From: Octopus bimaculoides
Taxonomy: Eukaryota
Length of the DNA stretch: 34,401 nucleotides
Direction of reading: 5' to 3'
Assembly: GCF_001194135.2 (NCBI RefSeq)
Contig: NC_068987.1
Span: 25,805,498 to 25,839,898 of the forward strand
Each line of letters begins with the position of its first letter. Positions within the stretch are counted from its first letter, which is position 1. The notes under the pieces are model-generated. The model was not told the origin of the DNA, did not search any database, and saw only the letters and a program-made list of their open reading frames with translations. Shown here one piece after another: positions 12,461-23,916 of this stretch. The position numbers were made by a program, and so were the translations under genes.

Positions 12461-12782
12461 AGCCACATGGATCAGGATTCAGTCCCATTGCGTGAAACCT
12501 TGGGTAAGTGTCTTCTGCTATAGCCCTGACCAACCATACTCTGGTAGACAGAAACTGAAAGAAGCCCGTCGCATTTGTGTGTGTGTGTGTGTTTGTGTCC
12601 CACCACAGTTTGATAACTGGCATTGGTTTGTTTAAGTCCCCGTAACTTGGCGGATCGGCAAAGTAAACCGGCAGAATAAGTACCACGCTTAAAAATAAGT
12701 ACTGGGATCGATTCGTTCGACTAAACTCTCCCCCAGCATGGCTGCAGTCCAATGACTGAGACAAGAAAATAAAAGAAAATAT
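12461..12782 (+). mobile_element. Family B SINE lacking its 5' head
   Basis: Contains CCACATGG...CCTTGGGTAAGTGTCTTCT...GAAACTGAAAGAAGCCCGTCG, (TG)n and the tail CCAGCATGGCTGCAGTCCAATGACTGAGACAAG. Confidence 0.85.
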
Positions 12783-13762
12783 CGAACTTGTGTGACACAC
12801 CTGGCAATTCTAGACATTTTTAGAATAAACTATACTGCTAGAGATATGTGACTGATGAATTTATATGGTAGAGTTAAAAGAATAAAGCAGAAATTGCAAA
12901 AGCGAAGAGTATTAAATGACAGATACATTTGTTTGAAGTGTAATAAGCGATAACGTAATCGACTGGCAAACGATGGATACATGGTTTAAATTTTACCAGT
13001 CCTGTTTGTGATCTTTTACTGCCTCAAATTGGTGGCTTTCACATCTGATATCATTCACATTAACATATTTGTTAATTCACAGTGCAGAATAGAAATACAC
13101 GTGCACAGCTGTAACTATAGAAACAGGACTTTTATTTATTTATTTTTTTAATGGACCCAATTACATCGAAGTTCCAAATACTTAGGGTTTTATGTTTGTT
13201 TTTTCTTCCAGTTTTGTTCTTTCTTTGTTTTCTTCCTGAGAGGAAGTTTCATATCTCCACTGAAAAGAAATATACTTCCGCCTAGGAAAGCAATTAATTA
13301 TTTTGGTAAATGTTCAAATAGATGAGTCTGCTAAGATTTCTTTGGAATATATTAGCTTCAGAATTTGGCTCAAATCAGTCTTCAATCTAATATTTCAACA
13401 TCCAGCATTAAAATGCCTATTTGTTAAAGTTAGGTTATCACCTATCTGCTAGGTCAGCTCTACTGGCAGAAATTAGTACATTTTTAAACAGATTAATCTT
13501 CCAAGCCTTCTTTAATTCTTTTGACTATATAGCTTCGGTATGTACGAGTTCAGATCATCTTTCCCTCTAACTCAACTTTAAGTATATATATATTTTTCCC
13601 TCCAGGGATAATCCATCAACTTGGCCACAAATTAGTAAACAAATTCATTTGAAACGACAAGGGTGAGGGGAGAGAAAAATCTTGATCCTTTCGTTAAGAA
13701 AGAATCACGAGAGATAAATATACAAAGTTAGGCTTTTTTCAGTAAAGTAATTAATTGTATAT

Positions 13763-14197
13763 ATTGATTTCAAATTTTGGCACAGGCCAACAAGTTCGGG
13801 CTGGGGTAAATCGATTACATCGGCCCCAGAGCTCAACTGGCACTTATTTTATCGACCCCGAAAGTATAAAGACAAAGTCGACCACGGTGAAATTTGAACT
13901 CGGAACGTGCAGACGGACGAAATGCCGCTAAGTATTTTTTTTTCTGGTGTGCTAACGATCCTGCCAGCTCGGTGCCTTATTAATTACATATATTTCTTTA
14001 TTGCCCACAAGGGGCTAAACATAGAGGAGACAAACAAGGACATACAAAGGGATTAAGTCAATTACATCTACCCCAGTGCATAACTGGTACTTATTTAATC
14101 GACTCCGAAGGGGTGAAAGGCAAAGTCGAGCTCGGCGGAATTCGAACTCAGAACAAAACGGCAGATGGAATACCGCTAAGCATTTCACCGCTAAGCA
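13763..14197 (-). mobile_element. Two adjacent family C SINEs (13763-13978 and 13991-14197) with different 3' tails
   Basis: Both share ACTGGYACTTATTT..CGAC.CCGAA..AAAGTCGA...GAATTYGAACTC. The second has the tail TTGCCCACAAGGGGCTAAACATAGAGG instead of TCAAATTTTGGCACAGG. Confidence 0.8.
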
Positions 14198-15126
14198 TAT
14201 ATTAATATAAAACTACTTTAATTGAAAACGTGTTAGTCATGTTTTAAATATTCTATTGCCTATCAATAAAATTTCACGGTAGGAGTGGTTTAATTGTAGA
14301 CTGAAACAGAATCTGAAAAAATGAGTGAATAAGTAGAATCAGTTGGCAAAGGGAAAGAAATTAAGATTTGTCGCGAAAAAAAAGAAATGAAAGGTAACGG
14401 CTAGGGCTCTTCACCAAAGGGAGATTAGATGTTTTACATATAGTATTTCATCTCGCAATAACGAAGTGTCCTGCTCCTAACCTTAGATTTCTTGTCTTCC
14501 TTACGGCAAATTTATTTCATTGTAATTTACTCACGTATAAATATCTTCGTTTCTTTTGAAACGACAAACAGCGCGATTAGATAGGAGTTTTCAATTGTAG
14601 TATTTATCAGAAAACCCACCACTTAAAAAAATACTGAACTGCAAAAAACTCGATCTATATAAATGGTAGCTATAGTTGTGTGTGCGTGTATGTGTGCAAC
14701 AATCGGATGCTGGGTGTGAAAGACCCTGCGTGAACACGTCATAAAGGAAAGAAAAACAAGGTGTCGACGAAAAAACAGGGCTCGTGGGGTCGGAGCATAC
14801 CTGTTTATTTTTGTCTCATTTGTTTTTTGTGTCTGTAATTATTGTTTCTGTTTACCATACGATTAGTCATATATCTCATTTAAATTTTTATCTCATTTGT
14901 CGACCCCAAAGTTGTTTGTGCTGTCCCCCTCTTTGTACACCCTTTATGGGAAATAATAAAATAATATGTGTGCAACAATGCGTTGTCTAATAAATATCTA
15001 TGAGAACGGCTTTCTGGATCTATTCCATCTCAGTCACAGATTTTTAAAATTACTTTGTGTTAGAGTTGTCTTATTTGGGTAATTTCAACCTATCAACGAC
15101 GTGTGCTTTGTGATATTCTGAAAAAG

Positions 15127-15312
15127 AATCATTTCACTCCCGAAAGTTTCTAAAATTTCCTTATGGCATCAACACAAAGACGTGAGAAAGATTAACAGTT
15201 ATTTCATTTCAGCTTTGTTGTCTGAAGAAGGCTACTGAAAAACGTTGACGCCATTGTCAAACTTCTCTTTCTGAAAGCAAAATGGACTCTGTTGGAAGGT
15301 ATTGAATGATCC
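15127..15312 (+). repeat. Copy 2 of the local repeat
   Basis: As above, with an extra insertion of about 20 bp. Homology ends at TTGAATGATCC, overlapping the left arm of the inverted repeat. Confidence 0.85.
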
Positions 15313-15770
15313 GGGTCATCTCTACTAAATGTCGCCACTCTGTTCTATTCGTACGGCGAGCGAAGACGATGTCACCTTCATCCTTTCTAGTCAGCACCGT
15401 GCGTTCCTTACTCTTCCCCCTCCATTCTACACTAGCAACCAGCGAGCGAACTTGTCACTGCCACTACAATTACAGTAATTTTCCGGTGTATAAGCCGCTA
15501 TTTGTTTCGTTTTACCTTCATGTTTTGATAATGTTATGTTTTTATCTAATAAAGGCTTTTATATTGACGAAATGTATAAAAATCATGACAATAACAATAC
15601 ATCTCATAGTTGTAAAATAAGCCATTTTGAAACTACATATACGTCAACAACAAAAAAGCTAGCTGCGGACATGTTGCTCTATGGTGTTGATTCTTCGAAC
15701 AGAGTGGTGACATTTAGTAGACATGACCCGGAAGTTGTTCCTCTTCGATTACTGTCGCAAACAGCAGTAG
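15310..15770. promoter_or_regulatory. CpG-rich promoter-like island about 0.9 kb upstream of the M6-like exon, bracketed by a 36-bp inverted repeat
   Basis: Locally CpG-rich unique sequence. Motifs: CCGGAAGT (ETS-type, 15728-15735), ACTACAATT (15463-15471) and CTAGCAAC (RFX half-site-like, 15432-15439). Donor-like GTAGGT at 15767. Repeat arms 15310-15345 and 15697-15732 match at 34/36. Confidence 0.35.
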
Positions 15771-16641
15771 GTTTCAACCGAATACACGTCGTTGATTGGT
15801 TGAAATTACCCAAATATAATTTTAACACGAAATAACTTGTAAAATAAGAAATAGATTCCGGCTTTCTACATAAAATGAGTTTTGTGGTGGCTGATGTTAC
15901 TGTAGCATTTTTAGCTATATTATCAGGAGGCTCGGTTCGATTTTGCTATCTTCGTCAATACTAACAAACCAGAATTGTCAGTTTTATGCATTCTGCTTTT
16001 TTTAAATTTCTAGTCTTGAATCATTACTTTCAGTAATACTTCTAGGGAAAATTATACACGAAAAATTTCATTTTTTCGTACAACGTAAGACATGGTTTCA
16101 AACTGGAATTTTCAACAAACCTCAGGTTTTGCTCATATTTTTCGTTTCTCTGTTTTAAAAGATTTTTTTTTCTATCGCTCATGTTTCAATAAATGCATGG
16201 ACATTTACTGTCTTCCACATTCCTCTTCTAAAACTATTAAGTCTATATAGGACCCTAATATTTCGACATGCAATATCTTATTTTCTTTTGCATTCAGAAT
16301 AGTAAAATCCAATTTTCCAATTTCACACACACATACACAGTCAATCGGAAAAATCAGGACTCTGAGCTTCGTACTAGCATACACGATCGTGTGGCCTACA
16401 AGCACTGGCTGCAGTCCAAGAAGACGGACAGAATATTTTCCGGTGTGCGCACTAACGCACATATACACATGTCATAAAGAGTTTTCTTCTGTCTTCAAAC
16501 TGTAATTATTTAAGACACATTTTAAAAAAATATGAAATTTTATTCGAAATTTGATCATCAAAATATTATTGTGAATTTCAATGAAGTAAAATTAATATTT
16601 AATCATAATATTAACAATAATTTTTCTGGTTTTCGTTTCAG

Positions 16642-16804
16642 CCCGCAAAGAGAACTGCTGTGACAAGTTCTTAACATGTCTGTCACATGTTCCCTGCGCG
16701 TCCCTCATTGCTTGGATTATATTACTACTCGGACTTGGCGGCTTAACAGGCAGTTTGCTCTATGGAGTCACCAAATGTCGCAAAGTCATGGACGAACCAT
16801 CCTT
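16642..16804 (+). CDS. M6: Internal coding exon of a proteolipid protein/M6 (PLP-DM20-GPM6, lipophilin) family gene: xRKENCCDKFLTCLSHVPCASLIAWIILLLGLGGLTGSLLYGVTKCRKVMDEPS(L)
   Basis: Strong acceptor TTTTTCTGGTTTTCGTTTCAG| and donor |GTATGT. The 163-nt exon is open in one frame (phase 1 in, phase 2 out). The peptide matches the family pattern CC..C.CL..VP.ASLIA.I followed by hydrophobic TM1 (compare vertebrate M6 'CFECCIKCLGGIPYASLIATILL'). The phases equal those of PLP1 exon 2. Confidence 0.85.
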
Positions 16805-17197
16805 GTATGTATATCTCTCCTTTTCCTTCTTATTTCTGTTTTGTTGTTTAGATTCGGGTCAGCAGGTCATGGTAAAGCAGAGAAGTGATCAAATACATTC
16901 TAATCATGACCATTTTGCTCTCCCCACTTTTTTTAAATATCAAACTTTACGTTATTTACTGTGTCCATTAAGACGGGAGAGTGATGCGAGATAGATTTAA
17001 CTACTATTTCTAACAGGTTGAATTATTGCGTGGTGATTGCCTTATTGGTTCGCTTCTTTCGTTGTAGATGTTCATGTAGTGGATTTTTTTTTTGCCTTTA
17101 TTGGGGGATTTTTTTAATGACTGGGGAAAAGGAGAGCAGGGTGTTTACTTTGCTGAATTACCTACTGGTTATTTTATACGCTGAATATGCCACAGCA

Positions 17198-17568
17198 TTG
17201 TGTAGGCGCAATGGCCCAGTGATTAGGGCAGCGGACTCGCGGTCATAATATCGCGGTTTCGATTCCCAGACCGGGCGTTGTGAGTGTTTCTTGAGCGAAA
17301 GCACGAGGCTCCCGCAGGGGATGGTGGCGAACCCTGCTGTACTCTTTCACCACAACTTTCCCTCACTCTTACTTCCTGTTTCTGTTCTGCCTGTAATTCG
17401 AAGGGTCAGCCTTGTCACATTGTGTCACACTGAATATCCCTGAGAACTACGTTAAGGGTACACGTGTCTGTGGAGTGCTCAACCACTTGCACGTTAATTT
17501 CACGAGCAGGCTGTTCCGTTGATCGGATCAACTGGAACCCTCGTCGTCCTAAGCGACGGAGTGCCAAC
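17198..17568 (+). mobile_element. Full-length tRNA-derived SINE, family A
   Basis: Same A/B boxes and body as 5422-5812. The 11-bp target duplication ATGCCACAGCA lies at 17187-17197 and 17569-17579. Confidence 0.9.
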
Positions 17569-19259
17569 ATGCCACAGCAGTTTTTTTTATCCAAGAGCTT
17601 TTCATTGAGGGGTTCACTATGGGCAATATCTATATTTAAATGATACTTGTTAAATATGTCTATCTGATTGACCATACTTATCATCAAGTGCCTGAGTATC
17701 TAAGAAACAAATTTATTTTGGGCCAAACGTTTTGTAGTTGACTGTAAAATATAGGCATACCTTGTATATCCCAAAGGTAAAATACCACCATTTTAGCTAA
17801 GCTATCATTTTAAGTCTAAATAGGAGAGCATATGTATCACTAATATTTAATGGTGATACGCCAGCTTTTGATTGGTGGATGATCTACTACACTTCATGTA
17901 GTATATCTAAAACAAACCAACCCTGTAGAGAAATCTATTCTTTTGTATGACATAATCACATACTTAGAACAATTAACTGTATGTCGAGTGAGTGTAAATA
18001 GTTATAGGTTAAATAAAAAGCAGTTTTGCCCAGGAAAAAAAGTCACATTTCTTTTAAATAACACAAACGATAGCAAAGGTACTTAAATGTTTTAATTTGC
18101 TTTTTATAACTGAGAATATACATATATTCTTGTACGCAATGAATGATATCTTTTTATAATTATACGTACATTTTATTCAGTATATGAATAGCATTATACC
18201 AGTCATATTTTGAACTCCTCCTCTGACATTTTTTCCTATGATTTACTCTTATGATTAGTTCCCTGGATTAGTATATGTGCTTGATATCTCACATATCTAA
18301 CTTGTAAATCAACAGGCACTCTTTTCGAAAAGAGAAGATAAACAGCCAAGAAAAACAAATAGCTTACGAGAGAGAATTTTATTCAATTAAAAAAGAACGT
18401 GGGAGAGAGATCTTCTACAGTAATTCTTTCAGGAATAAGACTGTTTAGAGAACGGTATCTAAGTTTGATTGAGTGGAATGAAAATATTTCTAGTTATTTC
18501 CTCAAACATTATGTATTTTAAATGGGCTAAGAAACCCTTACTTTGCTACTGCAAAACCCTATCATATTATTTATTCTCAAAAACATCACAGTCATTTTAT
18601 AATCTGAAATAATTTGTTCAACATTTGCAAAGCTATGCTTATTTCTTACTGCTACACGTGTTAGCAATCATAAAGCGTAACTATTTTTCTGTCTTATCTC
18701 ACTTTTCGCTAATTAAATTTTGCTTTCAACTTCAGACTATTATAATTGTCTAACTAGTCCGCCAACTCTCTCATAGCATGTAGTTACCATGGTTTCTCGG
18801 TGGAACTATAGAACCATGAATATCACAAACGACAAGTAAATATGATTCAATGTTTCAAAACTTGAGGTGCTAGCAGCCCCAGGCGGCACTAAAATTCGGT
18901 GCTCTGAATCTACGAGAAACATTTTCAAAATTAATTATCTCTTTTTGACTACTACCAAAAATTTAAAGAAGGTTGCTTGGCGATTTGACTTATCAAAAAG
19001 ATACTGGCTCATTCAGTTTGTTATGAAAAAGGTGCTAGAGTGAAGAAATGTTGGGAAACAACTGTTCTCTGAAGTTGTTCGACATTCTAGAAGTAGCAAC
19101 CAAATCTATCAAGTTACACGCTATCAGTTTTAATAGAGAAGAACAATTGGATAACGTAGTGTGGGATAAGCGTCTGAAAAATGGAATGGTCACTGCTAGA
19201 ATAGGCTTTCTAAAGTAAGACCGGTCTGGGATTAAACATAAAAGAAAAACGAACTGCAC

Positions 19260-19294
<35 letters not shown>

Positions 19295-19321
19295 ATGTAT
19301 TAGCAGAACTTGGCGTGCAAC

Positions 19322-19487
19322 CAGGGCCGGCCATATGGTTGCTGGCGCCCTGGGCAAGCTGAACATCGGTGTATACAAGCTGACGGTCGTGGAAATTTCC
19401 TTGCCTTTGTCACACCCTTCTTGGCGGACCCTAGCACATGGCGCCCCGGGTGACTGCCCGATTTGCCGGCACCTTGCGCCAGCCCTG
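19322..19487. mobile_element. GC-rich hAT-type MITE
   Basis: Terminal inverted repeats CAGGGCCGGC / GCCAGCCCTG. Perfect 8-bp target duplication CGTGCAAC (19314-19321, 19488-19495). 166 bp, no coding capacity recognised. Confidence 0.85.
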
Positions 19488-19852
19488 CGTGCAACTTTGT
19501 TTAGAACCCATCATCCGTAATTTATTAAGCCAGTTTACAATCACAACTTATTAACCGCTTGTGATGTAGAGAAGACTGTACATGCTGTGTGTGTAGATAG
19601 ATAGATAGATAGATAATAATTAACGTGCAAAAACAGCATTTATTTAATCAAATAGAAAACTGCATGATCACTACATTCCAAGACATTTTGTTACTTTCAT
19701 CCGGATCACAGAAACGAAATTTCAAATGTATAATTTCCGGTAAGGAAACCCCCAGATGTGATGTGTTATTCAGTAAAGATAGTTTCCAATGAAGAGTTAT
19801 TTCTTATAAGAAGAGTCTCTTTATATTTTCTCTAAATATTACAAAGTTTTTG

Positions 19853-20060
19853 CAAGCTGGCGGAATCGTTAAGCATGTCGGACAAAATACTGAGTGAGAT
19901 TTCTTCTGGTTCTTTACGTTCAAACTTCAAATGTCACCAAAGTCAACTTTGCCTTTCATCCTTTCGGAGTTGATAAAATAAAGTACCAGTCAAGTTCTAG
20001 GGTCGGTATAATCGACTAACCCCACTTCTCTCAAAATTGCTGTCTTGAGGCAAAATTAGT
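19853..20060 (+). mobile_element. Family C SINE, near full length
   Basis: A-box-like CTGGCGGAATCGTTAAGC, then GTCAACTTTGCCTTTCATCCTTTCGGAGTTGATAAAATAAAGTACCAG. Confidence 0.8.
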
Positions 20061-20537
20061 TAAATGTTTTTATTTATTATTTTTTTAGCACTTTCTGTTC
20101 TCTTCTTTTTAATACACAGGACTTGAAAGTCCTCCTGCTTCTCCCTTAATAGTTGATATGCTGGTATTGAGAGTAATCAACTAATTACTTAAGGACTTGC
20201 TTCAAGACTTGCCAAGTCTATCACCGTTTTTGCCTGGTTCTGAAGAATCTTTTCTTTATTTTTTTTTTCTGGCCACTGGAGGTGGAATTTGAACTCAGAA
20301 CGCACAAAGCAGAAACGAATACAATAATACATCTCAGCCAGCGCTCAAACATTCCACCGCCTTAGACCAGTACTTAACTTATCGAAAGGCAAATCTTACC
20401 AAAGCAGTATATGAACTTGGAACACTGAGAGCTGGAACAAATACCAATCTGCTAATAACTCAACTAATTCGACGCCATATTTAAACATATTTACGTGGTT
20501 CCTTAAAGACGTAATGTTGAATTAAACTGTTCTGCTC

Positions 20538-20599
20538 GTTCTTCTGCATAGCGATGGTTCTTCTGCATAGCGATGGTTCTTCTGCATAGCGATGGTTCT
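20538..20599. repeat. 19-bp tandem repeat, 3.3 copies
   Basis: Unit GTTCTTCTGCATAGCGATG, perfect copies. Confidence 0.95.
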
Positions 20600-20767
20600 C
20601 ATTACAATCCTATGCAAATATTTCCACTAATTATGCTTCCAGTAAGCTACAGGATCTTCTGGAATGAACATAGATGGATAGATAGATGCACATAAAAAGC
20701 TACGGATTTAGTTTCCGCAGTTGGTTCCAGACAACATAGTAACAAATTTGATACCTTCTCAAAACAG

Positions 20768-20813
<46 letters not shown>

Positions 20814-23296
20814 TTCAACAAGATTCATTTTAAAATATTCTCCTTTGGCATTATGCCTACAATTCCTGTTTATTCTATTTCGTTTTCTTTGTTTTATTTC
20901 TTTTAAATCTTCTCTAATTCGTTTTCATCTAATTATTTGTTATTCCTATAATAGTGAGTCTCATAGGAATACGATCCGGGCAAATGGAAATCGAAACCAG
21001 GAATTGATTCCAAGTTATACCTGTTATTTCACTTTATTTCCATGATATTTCTGCTACGAAAAATAGTATGAATATCTTTTAATCTTTTATTCATTTCCCT
21101 TTCGTTAAATTGTATGCTGATGTAAAAACAACATGGTTATACTTTTTGAAGTTTGCACCGTAAATAACTAAGTAATTGCTACATAAAGACCATTACCTAA
21201 GCAGTTAAGTTATTACACCAAGAACGAGTCTTCCAGTTTTGCCACTACGATCCAAATGGGCTACCAAGCTAACCACACTCGCACTAAGCCCAAACGTTTT
21301 CTCTTGAATCGACCCAATTTTTCCCCAAGTGAGACAAGAGCGCGACATTAATCACACACACACACACACACACACATTTTTTGCGATTAATACTTCTGCG
21401 TTTGAAGCTGTTGAATTTGTTCCAGTTTATAAGATTTACATTCTAAATCATTCGAAACGAGCTAGAGTTGTTCTGTTTGTCTTCTGTATTTGAAATTTCA
21501 TTCTGCTTTCTTAACGCTTAACCTATCTCTTTACGTATAATAAAGTGCAACGGGTTTCACATTGGTCACGCTGGCAGAGGGGGAAACTAAAACAACAAAT
21601 GGAGTGGGAGCGAGTGATTGTCAGAGATGCTCATTACAGTCTGGTGGAGTTTGAGAGCTAAACGTATTGACCATAGGCACCACACACACACACACATTGT
21701 TCGAAACCAGGTGATTCCGGTTTTAATACCAGTGCTCCGCAGTATTTCTATCATGCGTCAGTTTGAATAATACATTGACAAACAAGAGAAGCCTGTCGTG
21801 TATTTCGTGTGTGTGTGCGCGCGCGTGTGTGAAAAATTGTATTTATTTATTTATATGGGTATAGCCCTAAAGTGACATAAATCACAGGCAAGAATAGTTT
21901 GTCGATCTCTATTTATCGAATAGCTTAATACTAAGGTGAATATAATTGACTAAAACTCATCAAGCCGAGGCCCCAGCATGGCCGCAACCCATTATCTGAA
22001 ATCAACGAACATATAATCATTATATAGAACCACAGGAATTTAATATCGTTTCCAACAGCAGCAATTTGAACAACTGGAAATAGAAAGTATTCATTCCATT
22101 TCATTATTTTTCACTTTTTAATGCTGAAAATAACCTCACTGACAACAACAACAACGATGACAAGGAAAATATTTAGACAAACAACTAGGTTAGTCACTCC
22201 ACACAAGGCTGGTCCACTGATATGAGGTCAATATATTTGAAAAGGTCAGCTATGGCATCCGACAATTTTCCCACCATATTAATCTAAATCTACCTATCCG
22301 TCTGTTTGTCTGTTTGAATATCTGTATATGCGTCCGTCTTTGTCTTTCCGTTTGCCTGTCTGGCAGTAACTACTCGTCTGTCTGTCTAGCCATTTGTCGA
22401 TCTGGGACAAAAAGTAAGATTCGAAACGTTACATTTTACACACTTCGTAAGCATTTGAACTTACAGTTTTCTGTTGTACTTTCTATTGGTTAATTGTTAT
22501 CGGCGTAATATCAACAGTTTTTCTCAGATTCAGATTTTGCCTCGTCTCCATATCCAGTTATTCAAATAAATATAGCTACTAGTACTGATCCGAGTTTGTT
22601 ACTTTAACAGACTCTTCCCATATTCCGCTAATAAAAGGACATGCAAAACTGTTCCATCATAACGTCTTTCAAAGCTAAAGACAAAAGCAGCCGGGGTCGA
22701 TTTTTCACACTAAGAATCCTATAGTTTAGCTGTTGCCTACACAAAAAAAGATTCGTGGTCTCATGCTTAAAGAAACCTAAGTGACACCAATATATCTCTG
22801 TTCTTGACGTGTGTTTTATCTCATCGACCTCGGAAGGATGAAAGATAAAGTTGGCTAGTAAGACTACGAGAAGGTTCTTTCTTGGGCTCGTGGTCAATAT
22901 GCCTTTTATACTGGCATAATAGAAGAACATTATAAAAGGTATCGTTCTTTTGTGAAGTCACAACAATCCCAAAATTGTCTAACAGCGTATGGGAAATTAT
23001 CTTGTTCTTGTTTAAGAGAATTTTGTTGCTCTTTCTAGCAAGCTGAACGACCACAAAGAGGCTCCTTTATTGACGTCTGTAATTTGTGGAGAGGTACTTA
23101 GGCTTCTTTAAATCAACCACTACATCATTCCTACTACCACTGCCATTATTATTATAAACATCATCATTAACAACATCGTGTCCTTCCTCACATTTATACC
23201 GTGTTATAGTCTTCAAATTACAGTAATACGGAAGGGAAAAAAACAATGAGTAATAGAATTGTTATTGACTGACGTATCTTCTGTCGTTCTTGAAGC

Positions 23297-23490
23297 AAGC
23301 ATGGCTGTATGGTTAAAAAATTCACTTTGCAACTGCGTGATTTTTGGAGTAGTCCCACTGCGTGATTTTTGGAGTAGTCCCACTGCGTAGAACTTTATAC
23401 ATTTTTTTTTTTTTTTTTTTTTTTTTTCCCCCTACATCCGACTAAAATCTTGTGAATGAAATTTGGTAAAGGAAAACTAGCTGGAAGCTC
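23297..23490 (+). mobile_element. Family B SINE 5' fragment with an internal 25-bp tandem duplication
   Basis: GCATGGCTGTATGG head. ACTGCGTGATTTTTGGAGTAGTCCC occurs twice (23332-23381). CTTGTGAATGAAATTTGGTA follows. Confidence 0.65.
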
Positions 23491-23881
23491 GACGGAAGGA
23501 CCGTTCATGTTTTGGAGTTTGCAGATTTAGTCTCCCGGCTTAACACCATCACTTGGTGGTCCTCGAGTGTCTTTTGGAGGGGCCCAGGTCCACTAAATGA
23601 ACCCAGGCTTCTGGCTCAAGAATAACTTTCTACCTTCTTCCCACCAAGCTATAGAGGGCTCTGAAAAATGGTCATAGTGGTTGACCTTTATCTTTTGACC
23701 AAGTCAATAAAAGATTTTGAAATATAAGCTTCTGACCGAATGTGTTGGGGAAACAAAATATCGAACTGTGTGTGTGTGTGTGTGTGTTTCGGTTTTGTCT
23801 GTTTTTTGGCTCATTTTTATGTAATACACATCGATGTATTTATCGATCGAGCCTTGATCTCAACTATTCCCCCTCTCTCCT

Positions 23882-23916
<35 letters not shown>

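Noticed and set aside
14650-14670. TATA-like CTATATAAAT
   Set aside because: Expected by chance in DNA this AT-rich, with no supporting exon.
15310-15732. Calling the 36-bp inverted-repeat unit a MITE
   Set aside because: No target-site duplication and no second copy in the window; kept only as a structural observation.
17016-17248. ORF after an acceptor-like site, in phase with the M6 exon (LNYCVVIALLVRFFRCRCSCSG...)
   Set aside because: No resemblance to M6 TM2, poly-T driven, and it runs into a SINE with no good donor.
20118-20161. Strong + acceptor followed by GLESPPASPLIVDML and donor GTATTG
   Set aside because: The phase needed after the M6 exon hits an immediate stop, and there is no family match.
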